Translations under genes and position numbers: made by a program
Notes under the pieces: generated by a model
Seen by the model: the letters and a program-made list of their open reading frames with translations, nothing else
Told to the model about the DNA's origin: nothing
Databases searched by the model: none
In this document: piece by piece, positions 1 to 14,037 of the stretch
How the letters are laid out: the number at the start of each line of letters is the position of its first letter
Position numbering within the stretch: position 1 is the first letter of the stretch
Assembly (NCBI RefSeq): GCF_036321535.1
Contig: NC_087447.1
Location: 34,040,001-34,104,000, forward strand
Reading direction: 5' to 3'
DNA from: Camelus dromedarius
Taxonomy: Eukaryota
DNA: 64,000 bases

Positions 1-2198
1 CTTGTTCACCTTACAAAGGCGCCTGGGCATTTGTTTCAGAATTTCATCATTACCAAGTAGCTGGGACTAGAAAAAGGACCACACATCAGTGCTTGGCTGT
101 AACAGCACCTAGCTGGATTTGCAGTCTCCCTCGGATGGAGCATACCACTCCATCATGAAAACATTCAAAGGTGAGACTATTTTTTAAAGAGTCTGCAAAA
201 GCAACCTCTATTCTCAGAGAAGGCATATGTAAAGAACAGCACAGGGGAACTTTTGAATCAGTGACCAGTGCAATGTCAGAGGTTGTCGGGACCTCAGAGA
301 ACACCTGGCCTAGCTCCCTGAGGCCAGGAGCAAATGGAGACACCCAGGATAAAGAGGTCATGTGTTCCAAGTCACGCAGTAAGGAAAAAACTATGATTCG
401 GCCTCAGGTCTCTTGCTATCCAGATAAACACGGAATTAAACATTCTTACTAGATCTTTGGTAATTTGTGAATTTACATCAAGTCAGAAAGGACAATTTCA
501 AATTTCATGAAAATACCAGCCTCATGTCCATATACCCAGAACAAGGGCTACTGAAAGAGAGGCCTGTGGCTGCAAGAACTTCCACGGTGGGCATGTAGGG
601 GAAGCAGCCAGGAACTGCAAGTGATGGTTTCCCGTATCTGAATTCTCACAGGTGGAGAAGCTCATGCTCTTTCCCTCCAAGGCTGGCTGATGCTGGCCAG
701 CCCCCATTTTTCAGTCTTCTGAGAAGGGCCCAACCCCCTATCTATTGATGGGAAACCCTGGGAACTCCCTGGGAAAACACGGGCCCGGGCACTGAAACGT
801 CTGCTGTGGCTGCGCTGCACCAGCCCTGTGAAATGAGAGTTCCATGTCCCCCTGTGCCTTCCGGCTTCCTCTTTCGTCAGCAGGCCCCTATCTCCACCTA
901 AACTACATCCTCCGGGCTCAGCCCAGAGTCTGGCATGTACTTGCTGTCAGTAAATACTGTTGACAAAGTGAATCTAGGTTGGAAAGAACCACCTCTAGTA
1001 CCCACATCACCGAGCTTCACTCTAGAGGGAAGGACACAGTGGACGCAACAGCTGAAGTTAGAAGGCCGTCTCTATGCGCCCGGAGATAATGGCTTAAATA
1101 ACCCCTTCCCAAGGTTACTCTATATGAAGCTTTTACAATGAAAGCCAGGACTCTGAAGAAACTTCAGACAAGATGACTAGCAGAGGAAAGAGATATTTTG
1201 GAGCTGGAGGGGCCAGGTGGGTAAAAGCAGAAGAGAGCGTTTCTAGGTCCTTCAAATCAGACCATGTCAGCAATCACTCCAGTCTGTTTGCTTGTTATAG
1301 GTTTAAGAAAGAAGAGTCAGGCCCTGGTCTCTTCAACTTGATTCTGGGATGGCCTGTAACTTACAAGGGGCTATCTACAACGTGTCCCACTACATAGCTG
1401 GCATAACCAAACACTGAATTATTACAACTTTTGTTCTCCATGGAATTAACGGCTGAAGAATTCCCAATTCCCAATGAACAAAATGGTTTTTTTCCTGTAG
1501 GAATTCCAGAATTACAGTTTTTAAGATAGCTATGTACATAGCTATAAAAAGCATCACTGGACAAATCCAGCACCATATTTGACTGCATTTGGCTTTTGTT
1601 CAGTAGACCTCGCACCGATGACAGCTACACTTAAGACAGCTTCCTCTGTGCTGGCTGCACTCCACTCACTGCTTTACGTGCATTTTCTTATTTCATTCAA
1701 ACCTACTTTGTGAACACCTACTATGTGCCAGGCCCTGTTCTAGGCATGAGGAATAAACACAGAAAAAAGTCCTTGTCCTCAAGGAATTTGCATTGCAATG
1801 AATAGGAATCTTCATAAATTTAATTCTCATTACAAACTCCACAAGGGAGTATTCTTTCTATGTCATGGATAAAGAAACTGAGGCAGACAGAAGGTTGAAA
1901 AGTGAAAGCCTTTCTTGTCAAGTCTACCCGCAGGTGGCTAAAGCTTCTTGCACATTCTTACTAGTTACCACCCAAAGCATGACGCCACTTTAACAAAGCG
2001 GCCCGCTCCTGATTTATTGGTTGGTACGTTAGAATCAATAGCTGTTTGTAAATTTCAGACCGTGTTTCCTAATGAATTGATCCCCTTATAATGGAAATAC
2101 TCTCTCTAGGAGACATGCCTATATTTTATTTTTGACACATTTGATAAAGGAACACCAGCTCTCATGATCAGAGCCCCTCAGCATTGATTTATACTCAC

Positions 2199-2251
2199 TG
2201 TAGAGTAAACTGATGACGTGCTGGAAACCAGGGAGAGCGAGGATCCATGAA
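2199..2251 (-). CDS. NAV2: NAV2 internal exon, 53 nt: (V)HGSSLSLVSSTSSVYST
   Basis: Long polypyrimidine tract, then aaatag|TT. Donor ACA|gtgagt, phase 1 to 0. Translated by hand. Confidence 0.95.
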
Positions 2252-4880
2252 CTATTTAAAAAAAAAAAAAAAGAAAGAAAGAAAGAAAAGGAAAGGTGAA
2301 TTATACATCTGGCTCCTATGGAGCCAAAAAGGGGGCGGGAAGGAGACACTCAGCATTAGAGAACACTACCAGGCTTGGAGCAACTTCACCTTGATCCAAC
2401 CTTTCCTGGTTCGGTGACAGGTCAGTGCCAAATAAGCCATAATTTTCTATGAAAGTCACTTTTCTATTACCACATTTTCTTTCCTAATAACTTCTAAATA
2501 CTTTTCTTCCCCTAACTATCAAAATGATACATAGTTACTAAGTAAAAGTTTTCAAGTACAGAGAAGCGTTAGGAAACATATTCCCTGCCATCACCTGCGT
2601 GACTCATAATTCTATTACCCAGAGGCAACCTTTACCTGCTCCGCGCCAGCATATTTTACTCCCTTCTTTTTTCTAATGTTTCCCTTTAGGTTTAGGATTG
2701 TATTGCACATATATATTTTATCCTGCTGGCATTTGTCATTTGTAGAAGCAAAAAGATGAGCTGATTATCTGGAACATAGGAGGCTGGCTGTCAGCCACAG
2801 TAAATTCATTCTAGATGACCCTGTAGGTTCTTTGTTCAATTTCTATCAAGTCTACAAAATGACAAGCAAGTGGTGTCCTCTTTTCCATTTGTGACTGGTA
2901 CTTTGGGACTTAGAACCATCCTTGTGTCTGCCCTCTGCACCCCCTCCTGCCCCCAGCCAATGGAGACATTTTATGATCTGTTTTCGTGTAATTTTAAAGC
3001 ATGGTCATTTCTAGGACTAGGTATTATGGGTTACTTCTCTTCTTGGGAACCAGACTTGTTCATGACATTTTCTTAGTCATCTCTCAACAGCCTGTTTGAA
3101 AGGTGGAAATATGCCTGTCGAGACATCATATTGAATGGGGCACAGCCTCCCTGACCAGGAGTGGAATGCCTCTGCTCCACACTGTGCTCTCTCCTGTGGT
3201 CTGAGAGTGGGAGGCTGGGGAGTAACTTTCCGTGTGTACTAAATGGCTTTCACTTACCACCCAAGGAGCGAACTCAACTTGGATCAGCAGCCGGCAGAAA
3301 CTACCAGCCCACAGATGTCCGACCAATGGCTCAGCCTACAGCTCAGGTGACTCCACACCGTCTTCCCAATAAACCTCCCAACCTCCCATTCTTCCTTCAT
3401 GTGTTCCTAGCACACTCTGAATTCTGCACGTCTCTCTCACGAGCGCCCTGCATAGTAGTCGGCCACTTCAGAGTCTCTGCCTGTGCGGTTCCCTCGGGTC
3501 TGGGATGCGTCTCATATCTGCCCGTCCAAATCTCCAGGATCAGTTCACACGGCTTCTCCTGGAGCCCTTCCTCACTTCCCTGACGGCACCTGATGGGCTT
3601 CCTCCCTCCTCTAACTCACACAGCTCCTGGCCTGGCCTTCTAGTCCTCTTCTCTCTTAGAAGATGCCAGTTGCTCTGAGGCTACCCCTGCCCGGACATTC
3701 ACATCCACCTTCCTTAGCAATGCCTGGGATTCTAAGTCTTTTCCACCAACTTCCTCCATCCACGACTCACCTGGCCCACGCCCATAAAAAGCAGTTTAAG
3801 GTGTTAATGGCCAATAATGGCTTTCAGTGTTAAGATGTCCACACATTAACAGAGACCTCTCATGCCCCAACCTAGTGGCCTAATGGGCCAAGGGGAAAAG
3901 TTACTTAGACCCATGACACAGACACTTGGGGGGAAACTATATTGGAGGCCAAGTTGGAGGAAGGGATGTGGGAAACATGGAGCCTCCCTTCAAACACATC
4001 GCCCTTCCAGACACGCTCCAGAGGTCTGCGCAGGGCTGCTGCAAAAAGGAACTTTTTTCTTGTTTCTCCACCTCATACACATGCGTTCAGCGACACTGCC
4101 TTCAGCAGTGCTCCAGGACAAGCGTGGGGCCGCAGGCAGAGAGGAGCACATCTGGCAGGCTTCGGGGGGCAGTAGGATTTTTCTCTGTAATTAACTCCTC
4201 TCACTAGTAAAAAGCAACAGCAAGGCTGTGGTCCAGAGAGAGAGCCCCTGCTTTCCAGAATCACCCCCAAACTGAATGTGGCTGCCTGAATCATGCAGCT
4301 GGCTCTCCTTCAAGTGAACTGAGCCAAGGCAGAACCAGGGTCATGTGGCCAGGATACTTTCAAACGACAAAATGCATACGAGACTTGCAAAGCCAGAACA
4401 GCAAAGGCATGCCATGCATCTTCCTCCTGATACCTGGACCTCCAAAAATTTGAAGCTACAAGAAACTACAGAGATTATATCGGCCGTCTCTGCCATTGAC
4501 TAATTTGAGACCCAGAGAGGTTAAATGACCTGCCTAAGGTCCTAGAGCAATCAGGAACAGGATCTGCGGACCAGAAATGTGGAGACTGCTTTGCCCTTGA
4601 GTGACCTCGTTTACTGGTTTCTGAGGGTTTTGTTTTTAGTAACGTCTTTTGGTATATTTACAATGGTTTCCTAAGGCCCTCATTCAACCTACACAGGCAC
4701 AAGCTGGGACCAAAGAAGCAAAAAGTGCATGTTTGAGAAGAGCGTGCTTTCACCCTTACCTAATGCATAGGTCGGGGTGAAATCAGGAGATAGAATGAGA
4801 CAAGTGGGCATATTCCAGCCAATCAAGCAAACAAATGCCTCTGCTGTCACACTTGGGAACCATATCTGTCTGTCTATCCC

Positions 4881-4905
4881 TACATACATACATACATACA
4901 TACAT
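4881..4905. repeat. (TACA)n microsatellite
   Basis: tacatacatacatacatacatacat. Confidence 0.88.
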
Positions 4906-5489
4906 CCACCCATCCAGCTTCATACTAACCAAAGCACTTTCTGCTTCATACTGTTGTTTGAAGTGATCCTCATCATCACAGAGAATTTGTAGGTAATATT
5001 CCCAGACAGGGCGGGAGTTTCTACTCCTAATGAACTCAAGAGTAAATTAAGGCCCAGAGAGGATAAGTGATGTGGCCAAGCACACACTGCTGGTCGGGAG
5101 CAGAGAGAGAAGGTGAATCTGGGCATCACACTCTAGTTCACACTCCACCGCCAGGGGCTGGGGAAGGAGCCAGTGAGAATGAGTTGCAGTTCTGATGGCT
5201 AAGAGGCCACCCTCTCAATCAGCGAAGGAAGTGTAACTGAAAACGGAGCCCATGATGGTGAAGGTTCAGGGTTTGTCTCAGGCAGGTAAGGAAGCCCAGC
5301 TGTGGCCAAGGCACAGCCAAGCGTAAGGTAGGATTGAGTAGAAAAACAGAGGGCTGAGAATCAAGCGTTTAGGACCTGGTTCTGGCTGCAAGAAGTCCCC
5401 AAGTCACTTCTGTTCGATTTTTCCATAAACAAAATGAGGTTGAAATGGTCCATGGGGAGAAGGATGAAACAAAACATGACAACTGTGAC

Positions 5490-5720
5490 AACAGCTACCA
5501 CCGATTGAGTACTTAGTAAACCCCTCTCTAAGTCATTCTGCTAACTGCCTTCCAGGATTTGCATCTCACCTAATCTTCACGTCAACCTTTGAAGGAGATA
5601 CAATTACTTTCCACATTTCAGTGAACAGGAAATAGGCTCAGCAGGGTCAAACCCCTTAGCCAAAGTCACACTGCTAACAGTGGAGGTGCCAGGATTTGAA
5701 TCCAAGTGTAACTCAGGGGC
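5490..5720 (-). mobile_element. MIR SINE
   Basis: Antisense MIR core: caggaaataggctcag...gccaaagtcacactgctaacagtgg...ggatttgaatcc. Confidence 0.65.
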
Positions 5721-7730
5721 TAGAAACACAGGTAAGCTGCAGTACAAGATTTTTTTTATTAACAGGCTGCTCTGTTCCTGTGGATTCCACATGAACTGAT
5801 TTAGATGGCACCAGCTCTTAGGGATGATTGTATAGTTCCTGGATTTTTTTTTCCCTCCAAAGACATTCATTTAAAAAATGCCTCAAGCATCTCCCTAAAG
5901 TACAGTATTCAAGTTGACTTTAAGATTGCATAATGCATCTGATAGAAATTAATTTACCTGAAAATATTTGAAAGATTGCACCTGGGCCATGCCTGTACCT
6001 GATCTACATATTTATGACTCCCACTTCCTTCAAAATGGAAAGTGCTAATTAAATCCCACAAAACCCTCACCCAAGTACTTGTGCTAATTCTTCCTAAATT
6101 TCTATCCCGCCTTCTGGCATATGATATACCTAACTGCCTCTCATAAGGAAGTTCTACTCTGTCTGAACATGAGATGTGAATTTTTTTCCCAACTGTCTCT
6201 GCAACACTGGGAGTTTACATATTCAACAGGGGAAAAAAAGTCTTCACCCAATGGAACTAAAAACACCTAACTGCACAAGCCCTATTTTGTTTTTGTAACG
6301 TAACAGCCCTGGAAGAAATAAAATCAATCCAATGCCAAATTTCCCCAAAGATGAAAATGCTACATGTTTATTAGTCTATCGACAGCAGTCCCTACCCCTT
6401 CTCCCCAAACTTGATCTTCACCTTTGTGCTTCAGTTCCATGTCACCATGAATCATCAGGGTTTACAAAAGTCTAGACATTGCTTGTGGGCAAGCACTTTT
6501 TATCAATGTCACTTTGACATCCCAGCTATTCCACAGTTGTGCTCCCTGACAGCTTGATTCCAGATGGAATAAATAAAAGCCATCTGATGATGACACGGGA
6601 ATGGCCCTGGACCTTTATGAGGCGAGGTGTGCTTGTTTGGACAAGTTTCAGTACTGAACACTGCTCACTCGGGTACAGCGGGACAGAGGAGATGAATACG
6701 GCACCAGACGCACTCCCTACTCGAGCCGCCACCAGGAGGCCTGAAGTGCTCTGGGGCCACACCTGGCTCGCCTACCGACCCGAAAAATGTTCAAGACAAA
6801 CTGCCTACTCCTTCACCTTAGAGTCAATATACCCTCTTACTAGTACTGCTCTGAGTGGGTATAGCACTCATTTCTAGCTCTTAAATCCAGCAAAACACTC
6901 AGCAACTCAGGCTCCACCCCCTCCTAATGCGCTGTCCCAGCAGGTCCCCATAGATGGATTTCCAGACTGGTGCCTGCTCACTGGATGTCACTGGATGCAA
7001 ATGATACATAAGTCAGAATGGAGAGAATTAAGGAAGATTAACCAGGGGGCAACTGCTCTGAACTAAACTCTTAAGATTTCTGTTTAAAAGAACACTGGGC
7101 ATAGCAGAAGCGGATATCCTGCATCTCTCTCTCTTGACTTATTTAGGGATTTCCTCGACAGTCACAAGTTTATTTGTTCTTTCCTACCAGGAGGACGCCG
7201 GGCATGTTCCCCCGCTCTCACAAGCACTGGGAGCAGAGGAAAGCGCCCATGACTCCCCTCTCCACCCCTACTCCATTCTGTCACTGGCAAAAAAGGTACA
7301 GCTAGGGCTATGGCCCTCGGCCTGGGCTCCATTTGCTTCGAGAGTTCCCATCTCTGGCTGGGGACTTTCAGCTGCCAGAACACCAATGCTGAAGCCGCGT
7401 TTTCAGGCTGTGATGGATGGGTCCTAACATTATTGGGTTAACAGTTATATATATTATCTCATTTAATTCACATAATTCCACGAACTGAGTACTCCCATTT
7501 TATCAGTGAAAAAAACAGAGGGGCCAAGAGGTGAAGTTAACTTGTTCAGAATCATATACCTAAGAAGTAGTGGGGCTGGAATTCAAACCGTGGTGGCACT
7601 ATCGCATATCCTCCACCATGAGTCAACGGCACTGACCCCCATGTCTTACCATTCCCATCTTTGGGAAGTTTTTGGGGGGTCGGGGGGGTGTCCTTTCATG
7701 ACATTTCGACTGCTCTCCCCTAACTCACAC

Positions 7731-7808
7731 CTTGAGTGAAGGAATGAAGAGACATGAACTGAGTTAGATGGCTGGGGAGGATGCCCACAGTAGCTTTCTC
7801 CCCAAATT
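7731..7808 (-). CDS. NAV2: Candidate 78-nt in-frame cassette exon: (E)FGEKATVGILPSHLTQFMSLHSFTQ
   Basis: Acceptor ttttcatcag|AA, donor CAAG|gtgtga, symmetric phase 1-1, no stop codon. Resembles the start of a human NAV2 insert as I recall it. Confidence 0.3.
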
Positions 7809-8375
7809 CTGATGAAAATGAACAAAATAGAAAAACCCAACCCCAAATATTCCCAATTAGTGAGCAAAGAAGGAGTGGGGCATAACTGAATGCAATAAAC
7901 TTACCAAAAAAACTGGTGCTGGAGAAAAGAAATAGAAAATTCTGGAGCAAGGTGGAGAGGCCCAGCTGCCCACAGCCCCCCCATAGAGCCATGCAGGTGC
8001 GTCAGCACACGGAGATGAACTCTGCAGTGACTGGCGCTGCCAAGGTGGGGCACCAGCAGCTGAACCTCATGATGGATGCGTGTGCCAAGAAGCTAGGGAC
8101 CAAGTCCAAGAGAGAGAAACCTAGAGTGGAACTCGGTCAACCCGAGGGTTCACCAGTGTTTTTTCAGCAGCCTCTTCCTTCAAGTTCAGCGAGGTTAAGT
8201 GAGACCCTACTCAGACACTACTTTTCAGAATTCCCCAGGCCCAACCCCCAGAGTTAAGCAGGCAAATTAGAAACTCATACCAGTGGGCTCTTAGGTCAAT
8301 CAAGTGAATTCGGTATAGAGGACCATAAACCACTCTGCACAGCCCGAGAGAGGGGGAATCTCCTGGTTTGCTTAC

Positions 8376-8564
8376 CTTCTTCAAACCCATCCCGGAATGA
8401 GCCCGAGCGGCTCATGGTTCTGCTCTTCTCATCCAGGGACATGGAGCTATTCCGGAAGCGGCTCTCCGTGTACGGGTCATACTGCCCATCAGCATTGGAG
8501 AGGCTGTGGGTCCTCAGCATGGTGGGGTTGGACAAGCTCATCTGGGTGACAGCGGTGGGACTCG
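8376..8564 (-). CDS. NAV2: NAV2 internal exon, 189 nt: (A)SPTAVTQMSLSNPTMLRTHSLSNADGQYDPY...GSFRDGFEE
   Basis: Acceptor cttccag|CG, donor GAAG|gtaagc, phase 1 to 1. Confidence 0.96.
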
Positions 8565-9997
8565 CTGGAAGGACAGGAGTCAGTCAAAAGGTTGGAAATT
8601 CATGTCTCTGTTTAAATCCTGAATGGGGACGAAGAGGGGACTGCTTCGGATCAGCCACATCTGCCCCTGTCAAATTCTCTCCCTTGTCTATTTTCTAAAA
8701 GGTAGTCACATCAGCATTTGAGTTACACACTTCGAGCTAAAAATAAGGGAGGAAAGGTGGGTCAGTTCCAAACCAAGGCTCTGGGCCTCAGCTTTCCAAC
8801 TTGGCACGTTCAGACAAGCTAGTGTCACCTTCCAGGCATGAGCTAATTACTCTCTGGGTTCATCTGGAACAATTCTCTCTAAAGCCGAAAGCCCAAAATA
8901 GTCCAACCGGGCTTTTGATCAGATGGGAAGCATTTGTGCGTGACAAGAAACTCTGGCCTCAAAGAGTTACAGCCGGGAAAGAATATGAATATGGGTCTCA
9001 CTGCCTCAGATGGGGAAGCTTTAGTAATGGTGCCTCCGGAGCTCCAACATAAAGCGGGTGGGCGCACTTACCTTAGCTGAATCTGGCTTTCTTACTAAAA
9101 TCTTGCCCATTTCTGTTGATGTTAAGTATTTCAGAAGCATGCATTCGGTTAATTAAAAAGGAAGAGCTAAGCCTTACTTGATTATGAGCCACGAGATTGT
9201 CCTTAAAGATTGAGTCTATGATTCGCAATAATCAGAAAACACTGCCTCGCTAAAGAATGAGATGAGAATGGAAAAACTACTTCCCTCTCTGTCCGTCTCA
9301 GAAGGCTCAGCTCTCATCCTGCCACCTCCATGTAATCTTCCCCAGTCATTCCAGCCAGGACTGAGCTCTCTGACTTCTCTAACTGCATGTAATACTTGCT
9401 ATCTGTTCATACTCAGTTTTTTCACTTTCATGTAAAGCTTTGGACTGTTCCCTGTGACCCTATTTATGAGTCTGTGTGGGTGTTGGTCTCTCTAAAAAAG
9501 CATCCGTTGACATGTCAGCAGGGACTGTGTTACGAATTCTTTTCTGTTCCTCCCTGTGCCAGTCAAAGCATTATGTCACCGGTAGGTATTTCCAAGAATT
9601 TCCAAGGAGGCACTTCCAAACACTTGTTCAGTCAAAACCTGATCTTTATTTCCAGTTTAATAAAGTAACGAGGATGACCAAACATGGGATATGCTGTAAA
9701 ATCTACTTCTTCAGAGGTCTCAGAATACGTTCTTCTCATTCCGTGGGATGGTTTGCTCTCTGCTCTAACACTGTATCAGCCACGGACAGGAAATTACTGA
9801 TGAGAGAACCAAAAATGTTTCTCTCTTCTCTACTTCTTTGGCTATCACTCTCCTATAATCAAACTACATTGCTGAGGGCTGATCAGATACTGAGTGATGT
9901 GACCACCTGTCTGTGACCACATGCGTCTTTCAAAATGCAAGATAAGCTCTGGCCTAAGGCCTAAGCTCAACCCAGCTAATGACAAGTGGCTACTCAC

Positions 9998-10158
9998 CCA
10001 GCTGAGAAAAGTTGAATCTGGTTCCGGAAGGAGAAGTCACACTGGAGCCAGAGGAAAAGGGGGAGTTGGCAGCGGTGTCCTGCAGGCCCCCTGCAGAGTG
10101 CGACCGCAACCATTCTTTTGCATCTTCCTGTGTGCGAAGCTGGGAGGTGGGAGTATAC
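9998..10158 (-). CDS. NAV2: NAV2 internal exon, 161 nt: YTPTSQLRTQEDAKEWLRSHSAGGLQDTAANSPFSSGSSVTSPSGTRFNFSQL
   Basis: Translated by hand because this frame is absent from the ORF track. Acceptor tgtccag|G, donor CTGG|gtgagt, phase 2 to 1. Confidence 0.96.
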
Positions 10159-12600
10159 CTGGACAGACAGAAATCAGACTGGGATTAACTGTGAACAATG
10201 CTTGTGAAAATGAGCTCCCTGGAGCTGATGATAAACGTATACCAAGAAAGTATACATCCAAAGATACTGTTTGAAAAATCAGCTCACTACACCTCCTGAA
10301 ACTTACGAAGTTCCTCGAAACCTTTTTTGTTACTTGGCCGTCTTTGGGGGAAAACTGCGATTCCTTTTAGTTTGGAGGGAACTACATAAAGGGAGCAAGA
10401 CTGGTGAATGCTCAGAAGAGCCGTCCCTTGGCGTATCTGTAACTTGTTAATTCATGACAGTGTCATTTCAAAGCTCCCACCTTGACAGACTTGAAGCAAC
10501 AAAACAAGCCGCTGTCAGAGCTTGGAGGAAGTTTTAATTAGATAGCTCATGGCATCTGCACTCAAGAGCGCAAGTAAGTGGCCATGAATCACAGAGTATC
10601 AGAAACCAGACATGTAAAGGGAGGTGTGAGGAGACCGACGCCAGCAGTAGTTGCTGCAATCCAGCATGAGACAGTCTTCTCAACAGGAACCCCAGATCAC
10701 TGGGTTTCACACAGGGGAGGAGCTTCTGAAGTCACGTGATCCACCTCCTCATTTATTCTGAAGCATATTTGGTGATGATTTACTCAATGTCTCCAACGTA
10801 CCAGGTGCCTTCAAAGACATTATCTCGCCAAAGCCTCAGACCCTCCCAGCAGCACAGATGCTCTTATTCCCATTTTACATTCAGAGAGGATGACGGCCTG
10901 CCTTGAATCACATGCCGAGATTTCAGTCCATATCTGTCTGATTCCCAAATGCATGCTCTTCTCACTATGACCACAGGCAGCATCTCAGGTTTCTAAAGTG
11001 CCCAAGTGGCCAGAGTACTTTGGACTTATAAACAGATTACCAGGGAGTGACTACTGATTACGTAAACAAAGGGGGGTCTTCTGACTTAGGACGAGGAGTC
11101 ACTGGGGTGGCGGCACTGGATGTGTGTGTGTACAGAGTGGGTGAGCTGGAAAGGGAGTCAGGGCGAGAGGGAGCACCAAGTGCTTTTCCCATAGTATTTA
11201 ATGTGAAAGTTTTCACAACAGTTGATGGGCTTCCTAGGTCACACCAATTGCCTGAATATACCTTGTCACATATCTCTATTCTCAGTTTTTAAAAAAACAA
11301 TGTTTAAAAGTCAGAGCTACATCATTTTCATAGGATAGATCTGCTCCAGAAATAAACACAGAATTTCAAAATGTTAATATTCAAAGAAGTCAGCTTACTC
11401 TCAGAGCAACAGTGGGGCACTGAGTTCAAACGCATGTTAAGTGGCCGTGATTTAAGCACGAACCTGGGTGCTGACTAGCAGCCCTCACAGGCATGATGAA
11501 AACTGTTCGGTACAAAAGATCTTGCCAACTCCCCCCTCTAAGGCCACTGGGCTGAACTTCCTGCCTTGGGACGTCTGCTGGGGGCCTTTTCAATACTTTT
11601 ATTTTTAGATTTTGGTGTTTGGCTTTACTCGGAGCTCCTATTGAAAGGAAGCATTGATACCTACCTCCCATTACTGTTCAAAACGCTCTGAGCCTTGAGA
11701 GCTGCAGGTTATTAACTACAGACATACATGACAGCAACGAAACATTTCATTCCAAGTTTCATGTTTTGCAAAAGCATTTAATGCTTAGTGCAGGGTGAAG
11801 CCAATGCTACAGAGAACAAGGTGTTTAGAGAGCAGGAGAAATGACAGCGGCAACCATAAGACATGAAGACCGTGGGGCAGGCGTTAGAACTGAAGTCCCT
11901 CTGGCCGGCAAAGTGAGGTGGGTGGTGTAAGCAGTGGTGACCTATAGCATCTTGTTTCACCAGGGCCAGCGCCAAGAACGAGCCATGACTTAAGAGTGAA
12001 TGAAGGGACATTCATTCCTTCCTGGTTGTCTTTTCTTTCTTTATACTCCACACTGATCACACCCAGGTCTTGCTGGGCACTGAAAAGTCAATTTTCAATT
12101 AAAATATTTAGACAAGAGCAAAGTGCCTGTCTTTAGCAATTTTCTATGGGCTGAAAAATTAAATATCTTCAAATTGCGGGGAAAATCTTCTCTCCTTTGT
12201 GGGTGCCCCGGCTGGCAAATCAACATGCTACAAGTCATATCCTTTCTCTCGGAAGACAGCCCGTGGACAGAATGGTCATGGCGAAGTGATCTGTGATTAA
12301 GCCCGCTGGCCCCAGAAGTGGCAGCGACTGCCCTCTGGGCTTGCACAGGGATGCTTGTCATGAGATGGGGTGACCACAGTGAGCCTGAAAGACCACAGCC
12401 TCTGCGCAAGCAAATAAGCCAACAAATGGAGAGATGAGAACAAGCGGGTTGCGAGGGGAGCCGTTGTCCAAAGGGTCCTGCTGCAGTGGCCAAAGCGGGG
12501 ACCCCAGCCCAGCCCGAACCCCGCCAGCCATGAGAGAGTCACACAGCCAAGCCCCAGAGCCACACCAGATGGCACGGATGCAAGGAGGAAACACAGATAC

Positions 12601-12645
12601 CTGAGTCCTTTTTTAGGCAAAGTGTTCCTATCAAGGTGCGGGTCA
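12601..12645 (-). CDS. NAV2: NAV2 internal exon, 45 nt: (S)DPHLDRNTLPKKGL(R)
   Basis: Acceptor cctacag|T, donor TCAG|gtatct, symmetric phase 2-2. Confidence 0.93.
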
Positions 12646-14037
12646 CTGTAGGAAAGTTAAAACAAACATGAGAACTTCAGAGAAGCGCAGGGAGAGCAGG
12701 CAACGTGAGGAGGGAAAGGCTCAGGAGGGGCCGAGAGATCTGGAGGAAGAGACTCACTTCACCAGGGAGCGCTCCACCGCATGCAACACATCCACAGCCT
12801 CGGGAAACGGAGGAAACCCGGGTCTGCGCTCACGCCCGGGCATCCTCCACCCCAGTCACCAGGAGGTCTGAGCCACTCAACCCCAGTGCCTCTTCCTTTG
12901 CCACAGGTTCAAAGCCAAACTTGGGGGCCGCCCCGACCTGGAAGCAGAGCCCATGCCGTCCGCGGCCTAGTCGCCCAGCTGTACTGCCACTGCTTCTCGG
13001 AGAGAGAGATGTCAGGCTCCCCGCACCCCTGATCTGGCCCACCCCCAAACGCCACTGGCGATGACTTCAAGTGACAGCAGGGACTTGTTGGAGGGTTTCA
13101 AGAGGCCAGCAGTCTGCATTTTTGGAATTCATCTGAAACAAGTGAATTCCAGGTCCCTCTCAGTTTGCGAGGCCCTCATTGGGCGTAGCTAGGGGCTGAG
13201 CCCCCTGGGCAGAGTCAGGGCAGGTTACAACTTGCTGGCTGATAAAGTCAAGGCATTTGGATTTCCAAAGAGCCAGGTTTAAAGGCTCGGTGTGCGTCTG
13301 ACAAAAACAAAGTTTTTGCCGTTGACAAGGTGAAGAGGGTTTTCATTAATTTTGTTTCCTAGCATGAAACAACGTCTGCTTATTATGTTTGGCCAAGACA
13401 TGGCTCTTCCACAAATTTAAGGTCAGTGTTCATTTCTGAGGCCCGCCCACCCACAGGGCAGCTGGAGGCCAGCGAGCCTCTTTGTTTGTAAAACCTCAGC
13501 ACTGTACACAGTCTGCTTACCATCCCAGGAAACGGGCACACAGAACACCACAGCCTGCGAGATACAGAGCCAAACTGCAGCAGAGGACTCAGAGACAGAG
13601 AGAGCCAGCTGCGGAGTGCGGATGGGGGAGACATAGGCGAGGGCCAAGCCACGTGGTGGGTGGGAGGTCACCTCTGGGGGGCAGGGAAAGAGAGGAGAAA
13701 GGGCAGGAAGCTGGGAGCTGGGAGCAGGAGCATGCCACGGGGACGCGGAGATGCGAGTGAGAGCTTCTGTTGCCCGCCCACGTCAGGTGGCAGGTTTGAG
13801 GTTCCTTCCCAAGCTGGGGAGGAAGGGGCCGGCCCAACTCCACCTCTCCCCCAGCCTTGTGGATGGCGGAACAGCCCCTCACTGGCATGCCTGGGGGGAC
13901 ACAGAGTACACTGGGGCCACAAACACAAGCAGAAGCCTCAGGCCAACAGCCTCACACAAAACATCCGGCTTGACACAGATGGGGGTGGAGGACCCTAGAG
14001 GCTCAGTGGGGTCCCCAGCCTACAGTAATGTCATTAC

